Assembly (NCBI GenBank): GCA_002269645.1
Contig: NIVC01001976.1
Span: 1-64,000, forward strand
DNA from: Macrostomum lignano
Taxonomy: Eukaryota
DNA: 64,000 nt
Direction of reading: 5' to 3'
The position numbers were made by a program, and so were the translations under genes. Positions within the stretch are counted from its first letter, which is position 1. Every line of letters begins with the position of its first letter. The notes under the pieces were generated by a model, which saw nothing but the letters and a program-made list of their open reading frames with translations, was not told the DNA's origin and made no database searches. Of this stretch, positions 1-12,916 are shown piece by piece.

Positions 1-480
1 ATCTGTCATCTGGGGCAGCTGCTGCTGGTCATGCCAAGCAGAATCCGGTGCTGCAGCAGAAGAGAAGCTCAACGAAGAAGAACCGGATGACCTTGAAGCC
101 AGCGCCGAGAGCGTCAATGTGATCGCCCCGCGCCGGGTTGCCACTCCGGAGTCCCGCCTGCTCGTAGCTGGCAGCTCCGTCACCTGGGTGTCCGGCCCCC
201 TAGCAACGCAGACCGCTCCCGTGCAGGCCTGGGGGCTCTGCTAGCCGGCATCGCCACGCTTCCAACGGCTGTTTTCCTGGCGCCCCGTCGATGCCGCTGC
301 AGCAGCCGCCGCTGGGACGTCAGCGAGCTCCGTCCGCTCCGGATGGTCGGCCAACGCAACTCGCCGTTGTGATGTCGCCAAAATCGCTGATGAGCAGGGA
401 ATTCCTGCCTGCTGCAGTCGCCCTGCCAGAGGCTGCGGCTGATGGAGCGCAGCTGGGACCGGATGGGGATGCAAATCCCT
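1..480 (-). CDS. Possible coding exon(s) of an unidentified low-complexity (Ala/Gln/Ser-rich) protein; frame unresolved
   Basis: GC-rich island preceded on the minus strand by an acceptor-like GTCAG after a (CTGT)n tract. One frame reads DLHPHPVPAALHQPQ...PAAAAAAAST...GDAG, hits TAG (241-243), then stays open to base 1. No recognisable domain. Confidence 0.3.
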
Positions 481-509
481 GACTGACTGGCCTGCGGTGA
501 GTGCTGGGG

Positions 510-526
510 CTGACAGACTGACAGAC

Positions 527-561
<35 letters not shown>

Positions 562-562
562 G
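510..562. repeat. (GACA)n microsatellite
   Basis: Direct reading: gacagactgacagacacagacagacagac... Confidence 0.95.
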
Positions 563-1072
563 CTAAAAGTCTAACAAACCGTTCCCTTCGTAGTGAAATT
601 ATTGTATTTTTCATTATTCAACCTACACTACTCGTGTCAGTAGAAATGTAGAAATATCGCTATTTATTTTCAGAATGGCAGCTTGGCGACCTAATGAATT
701 GGGTTGAGAAAGATTAGAAATTTAACTGCCTCTGGCGAGTTTTCCGTGTGCGAATTCTCCCCTGACCTACAAAAGTCCGACTCGGCCTCTGCTGCACTCA
801 CTTCCTCATTTTAATTCCGTTTAGACTAAATGCTTCATATTATAGTTTGTTATTGCGTTTCGAAATTTTCTGAAAGCTTTTTGTATCCTCTATATATATA
901 TATATAATGTAAACATGTGTAATGCTGTAAGCCTAACGGAACTTAATACGCTATTCCAATCACATGCATACAGGTAGTTTTTTGCTTTGTCTAATCTGTT
1001 CTATCTATAAAAAATAGACATATTTATTATATATTATGTGTTATCATAAAAGGAATAAACTTTGACTGCAAC

Positions 1073-1660
1073 TAAGACAGACAGACAGACAGACAGCAAG
1101 ACCAACTTTAAGAAGGACACTGAAACAGACACTGAGACAGACACTGAGATAGACACTGAGACAGACACTGAGACAGACACTGAGACAGACACTAAGACAG
1201 ACACTGAGACAGACACTGAGACAGACACTGAGACAGACACTGAGACAGACACTGAGATAGACACTGAGACAGACACTGAGACAGACACTGAGACAGACAC
1301 TAAGACAGACACTAAAACAGACACTGAGACAGACACTGAGACAGACACTAAAACAGACACTGAGACAGACACTGAGACAGACACTAAAACAGACACTAAA
1401 ACAGACACTGAGACAGACACTGAGACAGACACTAAGACAGACACTAAAACAGACACTGAGACAGACACTAAAACAGACACTGAGACAGACACTGAGACAG
1501 ACACTAAAACAGACACTGAGACAGGCTCTAAGACAGACACTGAGACAGGCTTTAAGACAGACACTGAGACAGGCTCTAAGACAGACACTGAGACAGGCTC
1601 TAAGACAGACACTGAGACAGGCTCTAAGACAGACACTGAGACAGGCTTTAAGACAGACAC
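1073..1660. repeat. 12-bp minisatellite (GAGACAGACACT), becoming a 24-bp dimer with GGCTCTAA variants at the right end
   Basis: Tandem units read directly; explains the DTET, SVSV and CLSV ORFs. Confidence 0.95.
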
Positions 1661-4600
1661 AAGTCTTCAAGAGTAGAATGTTAGGTAATTCTGCATCTCA
1701 ATGTTTTGTCTATTCTCTGAAAAAAATGTTCTTATGTATAATAAAATAATAATCAGTTTAACTTGTTTTGTAGTAAAGTGCATGGTTGAAAATCAAAGCA
1801 TATTTATCATTGTCATTTGCTAAAATCGGCCTCACTTCAGTGCCATAGTTTGTGTTATAAAATAATACGCCATATGAATAACATTTTCTAGCAGCACTAC
1901 TGCTCACTGATGTATTTGGCTTTTTTCATCTCGACCGGCCTTACCGTGAAAATGCGTTAATTAAACAAAATTACTAATAGTACGTCAAATTGACTTTTTT
2001 ATTGTTGCAGAATCTGATTTTGATTTGCTTTTTTGTCTCGTCCTTTCAGTTTTTTCTTCCTCTCTTTCTCTCTCACGTCTCCGTTTCCTGTTATTTTTCC
2101 ATTGCTTGTGGAAAAATAATAAATTTTGCACAAACTTTAATTACACCATGTAGTTGTGCGCGCTGTTGTTTTTACTTTCACGTGCGGTTTTTTTTCGATT
2201 GTCTGGATGGAGAAGAAATGATTGATTAATTTAAACAATTTAATAAAATGTAAGTTGTTACAAATTGTTAATAATTTGTAATGTCATTTTATAGGCACGA
2301 TGGAATTTATTATATCTGCAAAAAAATCAAAGCGATTATATATGTTCAATGTTCTTTTTGTTGTTTTTTGTGTGAAAATTGCAATACGTGTGCATTTTTG
2401 CTTGGGTTAACTGTCTTTAGATAGCGAAAAAGTTATAGTAATTATCAACTCGTTATGTAGCTTGTAAATTTAAATTAACGATTTCTATAACAAAAATTTT
2501 CCGCGTTATCTTGTTGTTTGAGTTTGTCTGTTCTCATCTCTGAATTGTTTATTCAATATTGTCTCAAATTGATTGAATTTTCGGTTATTGCAGACAGCTT
2601 ATGCTAGCCAATGCGACACACAACACACAGAGTGCAGGCGGCGCGTGTGAATTTATGTTTTGTTTGTTTGTTTCTTTTCTTTTTTCTGCTTTCCCTTAAA
2701 AATATGGCGTATTAATATTATATTAGTCTGTGAAAAACTATTATTTAACTACGAGTGGTGTTGCAAAGTTTTTGCACTTTGCGTGTTTCGACACAAATGT
2801 CCTACTGAGGTGACCTTTTAGCCTACAACTCTTGCATATCTGCTCGATTAGATTGTTGAATTGCACAAAGGAACGATTCGAAGTGCTGAGTAAAACTTTT
2901 AACAAAATTTTATTTGTTTTTAGCACGGGTTTTATAAGAGCTAATTCATTATCCATTCAATAGTGCAGATTTGCAGAGTTTTGGCTAAAGTTTGTCAATT
3001 TTCGGGGAACTTTTGCAACACAACTCGTATCTATATACCTGTATTTGTGTAATCAAATATATATAATTATTACATTAGATCACTTTCACTTCACACACGC
3101 AAGCAAAGCAAAAAAATCAAATTTGATCAATTCGTATTTCTGTCTTTTTGTCGTCTGTGTTTGAATTTTCTGGCATGTAGATGTACATGTACTTGTGTAC
3201 ACTGCCCCAGCAGTGAGACAACTAAGTGTAGTGTAGTTATCTTAGTTGGGTTCGAATTTCATTGATCTTTAACCTTATTTGGCAGCCGGTGGTGATATAA
3301 GCTGGTGTATGAAAATGCCTTTGGATTGTGGCCAACAGGTGTATGATATGGAAAGTTCACACTAGTCCATAGTCCATTTCATACACCTTACAGTGTACTC
3401 GGCATAACTTTTTTAGATAAGAACCTCCTACTAAACTGCAACTCGGTCTCTGTATTCAGCTGTATTGCTTGTTTTGTAGGCTTACATGTGTGCGGTACGT
3501 GCGCTAGCAGCTCTCTTTATCTCTGGATTGAGACCCACGAAGCAGAATTTGGTTCAAAGAGTGACAATTTATCACTGAATTTCCTGACTCACTAACAGGT
3601 CGAATCCGTGTTGCTATAGTTAGAGTTTTGGTGCTACTCATGATCCTAGACTTTAGGTGGGAGTCAATGGGGGGTCATGACCTCTCCAGACGGCCCACCA
3701 TTAAAATTTTCAATCTTCATTTTTTACAATTATCAGAGTTATGATATTTAGTAGTAAGGTAAATATGCGGTAGGAATAGACCTAAAATCTAAAGTCCCTC
3801 TTGTGTCGCCAAAATTTACACCAAGTAGCTTCAAGTTCCCCCAACAGCTGCGAAAGCAAAAGCAGAGCTCAAGTGTGCTGCTTTACTCCAACTGAAAGAA
3901 TGTTGGCAAGAATATACTACTCACTTTGACTTACTAAACCAAGCCACTAATAGAGAACCAACGGTCCAGATTATTAGGCAGCAAAACCTCTTTGTTACAT
4001 CGCTTAACTAAGCCAGTAAGACTTAAGGGGTTGGGCCCTGGAGGTGGAGGTTGCAGATTTGTTTGTTAAAGAACGTATCGATTCAATATAGTGAAAGAAT
4101 AAATGGGGCTATCCAGGCCTTTTAACGAGGGGCCCGTGTGGGCTTGCTGACTAACGCAAGACTAACACATTCGCAAATTACAAAAGCGAATGCCTTATAC
4201 TACTACTGAAATGCAAACGTTTTTAATGTACCCAATTGAATGGAAAGGACAATTGAAGGTCGATTTGTTTAGTATATATTTAACGTGTATATTCAGGTTT
4301 CCGTTCATTTAAAGAGAAAAAATATAAGTCAAGTGAAAACCAATTCAATTAATTCATCCTTGTTTTCCATGTTAGGTCTCCATAAATGGCACTACTTTGT
4401 CATGGAAATTCTAATATATTCTACGTAATGCATACAGATAAAACTAAAGATTCTTTATATTCTCTAGCTTTTGAATTTCTACTTTACATTCTTAAATACT
4501 TAACCATCAATGTCCATCATACTCAACTGTTCAGTCTGTTCTTTCTGTTTCTTTTTCTATATGCGGTTAGGTTTTAAATACAACTTCATACATGCAGCTA

Positions 4601-4930
4601 CACGCACTATACTACTGAACCAAATTCACGCCACTGATATTCTTGCACACGCGTAGTATATAATAAAATCGGAGGGAAAAAGCGTCAAAAAATTCTCCGT
4701 TTCATCGCCAGTCAGAAATTCTGTCAGCGCCCGTGTGCAACGAAGACCACTCTACGAATTAAATTTTGACCGACGTCTGGAATCATCTCAGCCTTTATTC
4801 ATCAAATCAACCGTGTATTTCTGCTATGTAAAGAGATTCGTGGATTTCATGTCCTTTTTGCTATTCTTTGCAACTCTCAACTGGCAGCAACTGCCAACGT
4901 TCGACACTGGGAGGTTGCGGAAAGTACATT

Positions 4931-5083
4931 ATGAGCAAAGTCTCGTTTCGAGCCAGAGCTTTAGACTCCAATCGACCTCTGCAACTGCATTTTGACCATG
5001 AAATCCCAGATCTCTCCGACTATGCATCAATCAGCCGATCTGTGCCTCTTCTGCCTTCTGGCATGGAGAAGGACGAAGAAACG
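4931..5083 (+). CDS. EPC1: Enhancer of Polycomb homologue, coding exon 1
   Basis: MSKVSFRARALDSNRPLQLHFDHEIPDLSDYASISRSVPLLPSGMEKDEET matches the conserved EPC N-terminus (MSKLSFRARALD...PTGMEKEEES). It is followed by a phase-0 GT donor at 5084. Confidence 0.93.
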
Positions 5084-7876
5084 GTACTACTTTGCTTATG
5101 TACAATTCTTATTATTCCATGACTTTTGATGGCATTTTAATATTTATTAGGACTTATTATTAGTTTTGCATGCACCAGCGCGTAATAAGTCCTAATATTT
5201 TAATTGGAAATATACTTAGTCTAAAACAAAGTAGATCCGTCTAAGTCAGACGTGTACATTGTGTTTGTGGCACTTATTTAAAGCAAAATAAAAACGATTT
5301 TGATGTTTGGTGTTCAATAGCTTGCCTGTTTTCTGCATAAGTTCTTGGTGGCTTTGAAGTTTGTCAAAAACATTATTCCTTCAGTGTCCTATAATATTGT
5401 GCCTTCTGCAATTTTTTCTTTTAGATAAAAAATCTATTCACTCAATTGTTATGTCAAATGACCTATAGTTCACTACAGAACTTTTCTCCAATTAAATTTG
5501 GTCATTACTACATTTAATTCTGTCTAACAGTCTTATACACCTTAGACATTTCTAAAAAAGTTTAAAGGATTTGGTCATGACTAAAAAAATCAGGTATGTT
5601 ATCATTATCGCAATATGATGATATTAATCTATCTTATTTTAAATTAAACTCAAGAGAATTAACAATTAACTTAGTCCTAATAAACTTTAATCATTTTTAT
5701 TCACTGGGTGATATATTAGCAGGTACTAGGGGGCCCTATTAGAATAAATGTTGAAAATCTATAGATGCGCGCTTTAGAATAAAGTAAGGTCAAATTATTT
5801 TATCTTGCTTTAGCATTATCAAAGACAGTTTGTAAAAACAATTTATGCAAAATTGTTGATTGCAATCTATCAAAATTAAAATTTGCTAACTTTCTGAAAT
5901 TGAAATTTTCCAAAAACAAAATTTAGAAAAATAGTTTAATATGACCAACACTCATATTTTGCTTTTGGTTTGCTTATGCAAAACTAAATACATGTATATG
6001 TAGTTAGAAATTAGTTTATTTTTAGCTACTTTTTTAAACACTTCCAAAATTTTGATTTCTAAATTTTTCAAAATCAAAATTTTTTCTTTATAATTCTAAA
6101 CTTTAGAAAATCAAAATTTTGGAACAACTCTAAGCATTATAAATGATGAGTGTATTAGGCCCTTTTCCATGTATATTTATTTGTTGGAGTAGCAGCCAGT
6201 AGAAAAAGGGCAGTGTGCGCGTGCAAGTGCTGCGTACTTGTATGTATTGCATTTAAAAAAATTTCAAAAGAATGCCAAATGCTGTCTGCAGTTTTACAAC
6301 TTTATCTTATAGGGCTAGGGGGAGGGAGGCTAATGATAATGTTATTAGTTATATTCTAAAAATGCGATATAATTCAAAGTAAAATATAGCCAATAATATT
6401 TAGCTTTAAAGCAAGTCTAACTAAATAGTTGGTTGGCTCTAATAATAGGGGCCTAGCCTGTCATTATTTGTGATATTAATAGATTAAAAAATAAAGTATA
6501 ACTATAACATTGATTTACAAAGAACAGTTTATTTTCATCTAAATAGACATAATCATTGAATAAGCTACATTGTTTTGTTTTAACAATGTTAACTTTTTTA
6601 TAATTATGTTACCATTGCCATGATAAAGATATTATCTATATAGTGCCATACTAATAATTGGTTTGTTTATTCTTTTTGTAGCAACCTAGGCCATGTAATA
6701 AAAGAAACTGGTTCCCAACCAATTGGTTTTTTAATTAATATTAATGCCTTATTAGAGCCATAGTTAGAAAGATAGCTTTTTACTGAAAATAACAAGCAAA
6801 TTTAGCCTGGGTCAGAGCAAATTTAGGCAAAGTAAAGGTAGGTTCAAGGAAAATTGGGACAAGGTAATAGCAGTTACGGTTAGGTTAGAGACCAAGTGTG
6901 ATTAAGAGCAACAAAGTAGTTGACTGGTTTCTTAAGCTAAGCCATGTTCCTCATTTGTTAGCCAATATTGCTATGTGTATCTAGATAAAAATTATTGAAT
7001 GACTGAATTGAATAGACTTTAAAATCTTTAAAATACCAACAAATTAACTAAAGATCTTAGTACTAATCAAGATAATTATGCTTATGCTCTAGCATATTGA
7101 CTTAAAAAATCATATCTTAAAATTAGACCTTTGATGCAAGTGCAAGTACTAGCAAAAACCTAGGCTAGGTTTTTTATGCAATAATAAATAGGAGGCTATA
7201 GCCTAGTAGTATTCTGTAGTACTCTTATATCCTAGCAGGCTAGACCCAAATCCAAGTGCAATAGCATTAATTTGAAACTAAATTTGAGTCTTGGCTTAGG
7301 TCTGCTTATACAATTAATGCTATTGATACTTAAAAGCCAACCACAAAAAGACGAAAAGATATTGTAGCTGCTGCCTAGTTACCTAGTTAAGGTGGCTCTA
7401 TATTTCTATGAGAGCATACATGTGCAACCTTGGGATTCACTTGGCCTTTTCTATTGGCAACACATACATGTAAGTCACTATTGGCTGAAAGCAGTCATGT
7501 GACTACTATTGTCCAATAGCAACTTACATGTATGTGCCTATGTTTGACTGTATATGTATAATGGGATTGGAAGAATGGGCAGAGTGCACCAGAGTGCACA
7601 CAGCTCCCCACCTCTGATAAAAAATCGATTGCCTTATAGATAGATTTCCAGATCAAAACTGGGATTTATTTGATCTTGAAGATTAGATGCTACTATAAAA
7701 TAACTTTCAAGAATCTAAGTTGTAACATAAATAAGACATGTTGGAAATTTCATATTCACCAATCAGAAATGATTGCAATATTTAACAGTTAATCAAAATC
7801 AAAAGTACTTGAAAAGCTTTCATCCCTTGTGCCTGTCTCAGCGTCAACTCACCTTACCCAACTTTCACCCGAACAG

Positions 7877-9376
7877 GAACACCATCTTCAAGAGGCACTG
7901 TTCGCCCAGCAGCAGTTCAAGTCAACAGATCTTCACGCCATCCCCATACCCGAGATTGACGAGAATGCCAACAAGTTTAAGAGTTTGTACCACGCACTGT
8001 GCCGCGAGGGCACATTCCGCATGCCTAAGCAGTACATCCGCGTGCAGGCGTTCTCCTTGGATCACGGCGATAATGAAACACCAGATTACGATCTGGACAG
8101 CGAGGACGAGGCCTGGCTATCAGCCTCGAAGCTCAGCTTGCCACCAATCGATCTGGAACGAATGCTGGAACAGTTGGAACGGTACAGCGATCACACTGTT
8201 GTCAGCTTGAATGAGGCCAAGGCTCTGTTGAAAAAAGATGACGGATTAACTACAGCCGTGTACGATTATTGGCTAGCTAAGCGGCTTAAGCACGGCCAAC
8301 GGTTGAGTCTGGCTATCAAAGCCGATCGGAGAGACGGCTCGTCGAACAATGACCCGTATGTGGCGTTCCGGCGCCGTACAGAGAAGATGCAGACTAGAAA
8401 GCACAGGAAAAATGACGAGGCCAGCTATGAGAAGATGCTGCGCCTTCGCCGCGACATGGACCGGGCCTGTTCCCTCATTGAACTGCTGGTCAGGCGCGAG
8501 GAGACCAAATCCGCTCTGTTAGACACCGAACTGCGCGTCTTCCAACGTCGCTGGTCGGCTCGCGATTTTGACGCCAGCCAGCTGCAGGCTGCCGCCGTTG
8601 CTGCCGCGGCCGCTGCTGCCGCTAAAAAGTCTGCAGCAGCAGCATCAGCAGCGGCCGCTTCCTCATCCTGGCAGCAGCAGCATCAATTGAATCACCATCA
8701 GCAACAGCATCAACAGTCAGCGGCGCATCAACGCGGCTCCACAGCCAAGCGGGCGAGGAGGCGGCCGCCACCGTTGCCAACTCCGCCCGAAGTTGCAGCC
8801 GCTGAAGCCGCCGCCTCCGCCGCTCCTCCCTTGTTTGTCGACGATGATTCTCTACTGCCTGGCGGTGACAACGGCGGTCGATTTGTCTGGTGCAGGCGTC
8901 GGGTTGGCGCGGTGTACGCGCCAGCCAAGCCGTTGACCGACGCTGAAGACTCTGCAGCGTTGCCACCGTCGGGGACTCAGCCCAGATCGGCTTTCGCTGG
9001 CGTCTACGGACGCCGAATGTTCAGCCTGACCCGACTGCCCTGCGTTGTTGGCTCCGAGTCGTCAACAGCATCTGCATCCTCCTGTCATCTGTCTTCCTCG
9101 GCCGGCTCGCGTCATTGCCGACCCTTAGCGGCCTATGTCGGTTTGCGGCTGGGCCGCGGCGGGCGCCTGCTGATTGACAGGCTGTCCGGGCCGCCAGGTG
9201 TGGACGCCTACCTGTCCGGCTGGGAGGCCCGTCAGTCTGGCCTTGAGCTGCCAGACGCTCCGCCAGCCACCGTGTGCGCCCACTCTGGCGAACTGGTGGA
9301 AGAAGATCCTTTGTTCGATCTGCGACTGCCAGCCTACGAGCTGGCCGCCACCTCAAACAATGGCACTGTTGGATAA
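7877..9376 (+). CDS. EPC1: Enhancer of Polycomb homologue (NuA4/TIP60 subunit), coding exon 2; spliced protein 550 aa
   Basis: Acceptor gaacag|GAA continues EHHLQ in frame. EPcA motifs: PDYDLDSEDEAWL, VYDYWLAKR, NDPYVAFRRRTEKMQTRKHRKNDEASYEKM. EPcB-like motif: LGRGGRLLIDR. Stop TAA at 9374-9376. Confidence 0.95.
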   Translation, partial: EHHLQEALFAQQQFKSTDLHAIPIPEIDENANKFKSLYHALCREGTFRMPKQYIRVQAFSLDHGDNETPDYDLDSEDEAWLSASKLSLPPIDLERMLEQLERYSDHTVVSLNEAKALLKKDDGLTTAVYDYWLAKRLKHGQRLSLAIKADRRDGSSNNDPYVAFRRRTEKMQTRKHRKNDEASYEKMLRLRRDMDRACSLIELLVRREETKSALLDTELRVFQRRWSARDFDASQLQAAAVAAAAAAAAKKSAAAASAAAASSSWQQQHQLNHHQQQHQQSAAHQRGSTAKRARRRPPPLPTPPEVAAAEAAASAAPPLFVDDDSLLPGGDNGGRFVWCRRRVGAVYAPAKPLTDAEDSAALPPSGTQPRSAFAGVYGRRMFSLTRLPCVVGSESSTASASSCHLSSSAGSRHCRPLAAYVGLRLGRGGRLLIDRLSGPPGVDAYLSGWEARQSGLELPDAPPATVCAHSGELVEEDPLFDLRLPAYELAATSNNGTVG

Positions 9377-9923
9377 TTCTAGGATCAACTAACAAAAATT
9401 CTAATCGATTATTGACGCTGGGCGTCGTAAAAAAGTCTGTCTATCTTGCTCTTGTTTGTCTTCAAACACTGTTTCAGTCTCCATTTCTGGCTGTTTCTTG
9501 GATCCTCATCCTTTTTAAAGGCAAGTATAATCTATATGAACTCCCGGTTAGTTTCAGAGTAAAAACAGAAATCTTCATTTATAATATAACGTCCAATAGG
9601 CTGATGTATTTTTATCTATCTATCGAAATTCGAAAATATTGAACACAATTATAACTTTGCATTTATTTATTTATTTATATTTACCTATTTAGTTCTACTG
9701 TATTAAGCGAGTTGAACAGCTAATGTAAACTGCTAATGTAGTTTATGGTTGAAACTATGGTAAGTAAGAGACTATTAAATTAGTAAAAGTCTTCTTAGTT
9801 TTTGTCTCCGTGGTCTGGGGCTCCTGTCTGTCCGCTTCTCTCCTCAAAAATCTGTCATTGAATTCAATTTTTATTTGAGTTTAACCCTGTCAGTGAATTG
9901 TTTAGAGAGAAAAAAATTATAAA

Positions 9924-9933
9924 AATAAATAAA
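9924..9933 (+). promoter_or_regulatory. Candidate polyadenylation signal (overlapping AATAAA) for the EPC gene
   Basis: AATAAATAAA about 550 nt after the stop. The region is AT-rich, so a chance occurrence is plausible. Confidence 0.3.
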
Positions 9934-11880
9934 GTTTCACTGTTATGAGTCTATGAATCAACTTATTGTATAAGATGCACACAATTGCACCTGGATTTCA
10001 TATACAACTATACTTGGTACCTTTAAATTTGTACTGTTGCCAGTTATTTGTGTATCTTTACTTTTTATTTTCTACTGTTGTATTTCTACATCATTAATAA
10101 TAATATTATTATGGTTACTGAAGCCTGTAAGATCATTGCTGTTCAACACCGACTTGGAATAGTAGTTATATTTAGTATAACCCCTATAATCAAAATTTAA
10201 ATAATTAAACCTTTGACATATTTGCTTTTGTCTCGCATTCTTACTGTCTTCTCTTATACACTAGCCTCCTTAATCCTTAAACTTTATTTATTTGGTTACA
10301 TTTGTTTGTTTGCAAACGGCATTGTGTAGTGTTTGTGTTGATGTGTTTGTCAATGATTTTCAAGCACTCTTAGCATAACTGAACCAATTTCACCTGTTTA
10401 GCCAGTAAGCTCTAATCTGATTTTAGGCAGCCAGAAATTGCATTTCTTCGTCAACTTTGTGGAAACTTCACTCTCGGAAGGGCGTCGTTATTGTCTCTTT
10501 AACTGAAAATGTACTTCAGCTAAACCTCACCAGCCGCTCAAAAATACATTTGTCTAGTGTCTTTGCCCATTGTGTTGTCTAATAATTGATGGTCATTAAT
10601 CCTATATTCGTAATCCAACTGATTAATGCATTAACTTGACTTACTTTGCCCAGTTCCGGTTGTCATAATCATACACATATTATACTGCATACAAATGTTT
10701 GAATAACACGAATGAAGAAGCTTCAAGTAGGCAATGGTGTTGACTTTGTGCGCTTTTCAATTCGCGGCTTTTTGAGTCCATTCCAATCGTTACCAACTTT
10801 ATCTGCTGTTATTTATCTACATGTATAACTACTAATACCGATATCCATATGCCAAACCAAAAAATTAATTAACGTTTAATAATTATATTTGTATAATTAA
10901 GTATCATTGCTCGTCAAGAGTCAGGTTAAATTTGTGAATAATTGCGCACTACACATACTATTTATTAGTAAGTAGTTGTTGCGCTAAATTTCTCTAATTT
11001 TTCTGTTTGCGTTTTTTATTAATAATTTCTTTTGTTTTCTTGCGGCTTCGCACCAAAACTCTGACTATGCTACTATAGTGGCACTCGTACTAGTAGTATA
11101 ATTAGCGAGGCGAATCGTTCGCATTTATAAACATTAATTTTGTCATTTCGAATCGGGGAATTGTTTGGCTTAGGATTCATTGGACTCATTGTTTGCTTTG
11201 GTGCTTTTAATCACCTTTGTACGTGTTAGTTGTCCAACTCCTTACTGTCGTGGGGGTACACAACTAATATCAGTTGATTATAATTATAAATATAGATTTA
11301 GAATAGAAAAAAAATATTATACAGCATGAGCTTAACCAGTTTTGCTAATAACTTTGGTTTCAATTTCTTTCCTCTCTATGTATCTGTCAAAATTGGTAAC
11401 CAACAATTTGCTGTTTCAAGTTGGACTCACTCCGGTGCCTGTACTGTACATGCTGTACTAATGTAGGAATACATGAGCCATTCTGCATATTTGTCATTTA
11501 TTCTAACCTGTAGTGGTCGCTCGGATACTGATTGCTGTGCGCAAGTTTAACATATTTTTTCATCGTGTTTAAACAAAACAATGCCGACAAAGTGTGCACT
11601 GTTGTGTGTTATTATATTTTATTTATTAGTAATGAGAAAATAGTGCGATACATCATTTAGAACTGGAAACCAGTAGCCAACAGGTTATAATGGCACGCTG
11701 CAACATTATAAACTACATTTTTATAAATATATGCATAGCACACCCACTGTAGGGACTCCACTATCTCTGTGTTATTGTCTTTCTTATGTTTGAATAGAAA
11801 ATATTCGTTATTTGCTTTGTCTTTTGATTTATTTGGATTCGTCAAATTGCTGCTTCAACTTTGACAATATCAATAACACT

Positions 11881-12367
11881 TCTCTCCAAGATCTGACTCT
11901 TTTCTGTCCAAAATCTGACTCTTCTCTCCAAGATCTGACTCTTTTCTGTCCAAGATCTGACTCTTCTCTCCAAGATCTGACTCTTTTCTGTCCAAGATCT
12001 GACTCTTTTCTGTCCAAGATCTGACTCTTCTCTCCAAGATCTGACTCTTCTCTCCAAGATCTGACTCTTTTCTGTCCAAGATCTGACTCTTCTGTCCAAG
12101 ATATGACTCTTTTCTGTCCAAGATCTGACTCTTCTCTCCAAGATCTGACTCTTCTGTCCAAGATCTGACTCTTCTCTCCAAGATCTGACTCCTCTGTTTT
12201 CCAGATTGACTCTTCTCTCTTCCATATCTGACTCTTCTCTCTCCCATATCTGACTCTTCTCACTTCCATATCTGACTCTTCTCTCTCCCATATCTGACTC
12301 TTCTCTCTCCCATATCTGACTCTTCTCTCTCCCATATCTGACTCTTCTCACTTCCATATCTGACTCT
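11881..12367. repeat. ~20-21 bp minisatellite with core ATCTGACTCTT
   Basis: CCAAGATCTGACTCTT(CTCT/TTCTGT) units grading into CCCATATCTGACTCTT units. Confidence 0.95.
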
Positions 12368-12916
12368 TTTTGCCAAAGTCTACCTGGCGAGGTGTGAATT
12401 TCACACTCGGTTCAAAATTTCGCATTTCGAATCGAAGTACAGAATCAGAACACGATGAAAATTTTCGAGCATGGACTTTAGGTTTCGAGCTTATTTAAAG
12501 GAAGTAAATGAATAAGTGTACACAGTATGTTATCAGTATGTCTCGAGCTTGCAATGAATTTTAAACTTAAACCGTCTTGAATGAAGGTTCTCTCATCCCG
12601 AACAAGGACCACTAGTAGATCCCGAAATGCATGTGCTCCCTGAATTCTCCTCGTTTTGTGAGTTTTGTGAGTTTTGTATTTCTATCAATGTGACTCATGA
12701 TTTCAGAAAAATTACAGCTGAACAGGTCGATTTTCATCAATCAGATCAGAAATTTTTCAATTGGTATACATTGTGACTATACATCTATAAGAAATTGTTT
12801 GATGCTATGTTAGAGGATTAAATTAATGCGAGCATTCCAAAAACATGCCTTTTGCAAAGGTCAAACTGGATTTTCGACTTGAAATGCATTTTGTATTGGT
12901 AGATTATGCATTGTAG

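Noticed and set aside
1034-1676. 200-aa DTET/SVSV ORFs resembling Thr/Asp-rich adhesins
   Set aside because: Several frames on both strands are open only because the 12-bp unit lacks stops; no splice or domain context.
5725-6456. Possible TIR pair (ctagggggccctattag / ctctaataataggggcctag)
   Set aside because: Short, imperfect match in AT-rich DNA with no TSD found.
10400-11850. Decayed coding-like minus-strand patches (e.g. CTLCRHCF, ACHYNLLATG)
   Set aside because: Fragmentary with many stops; no family recognised.
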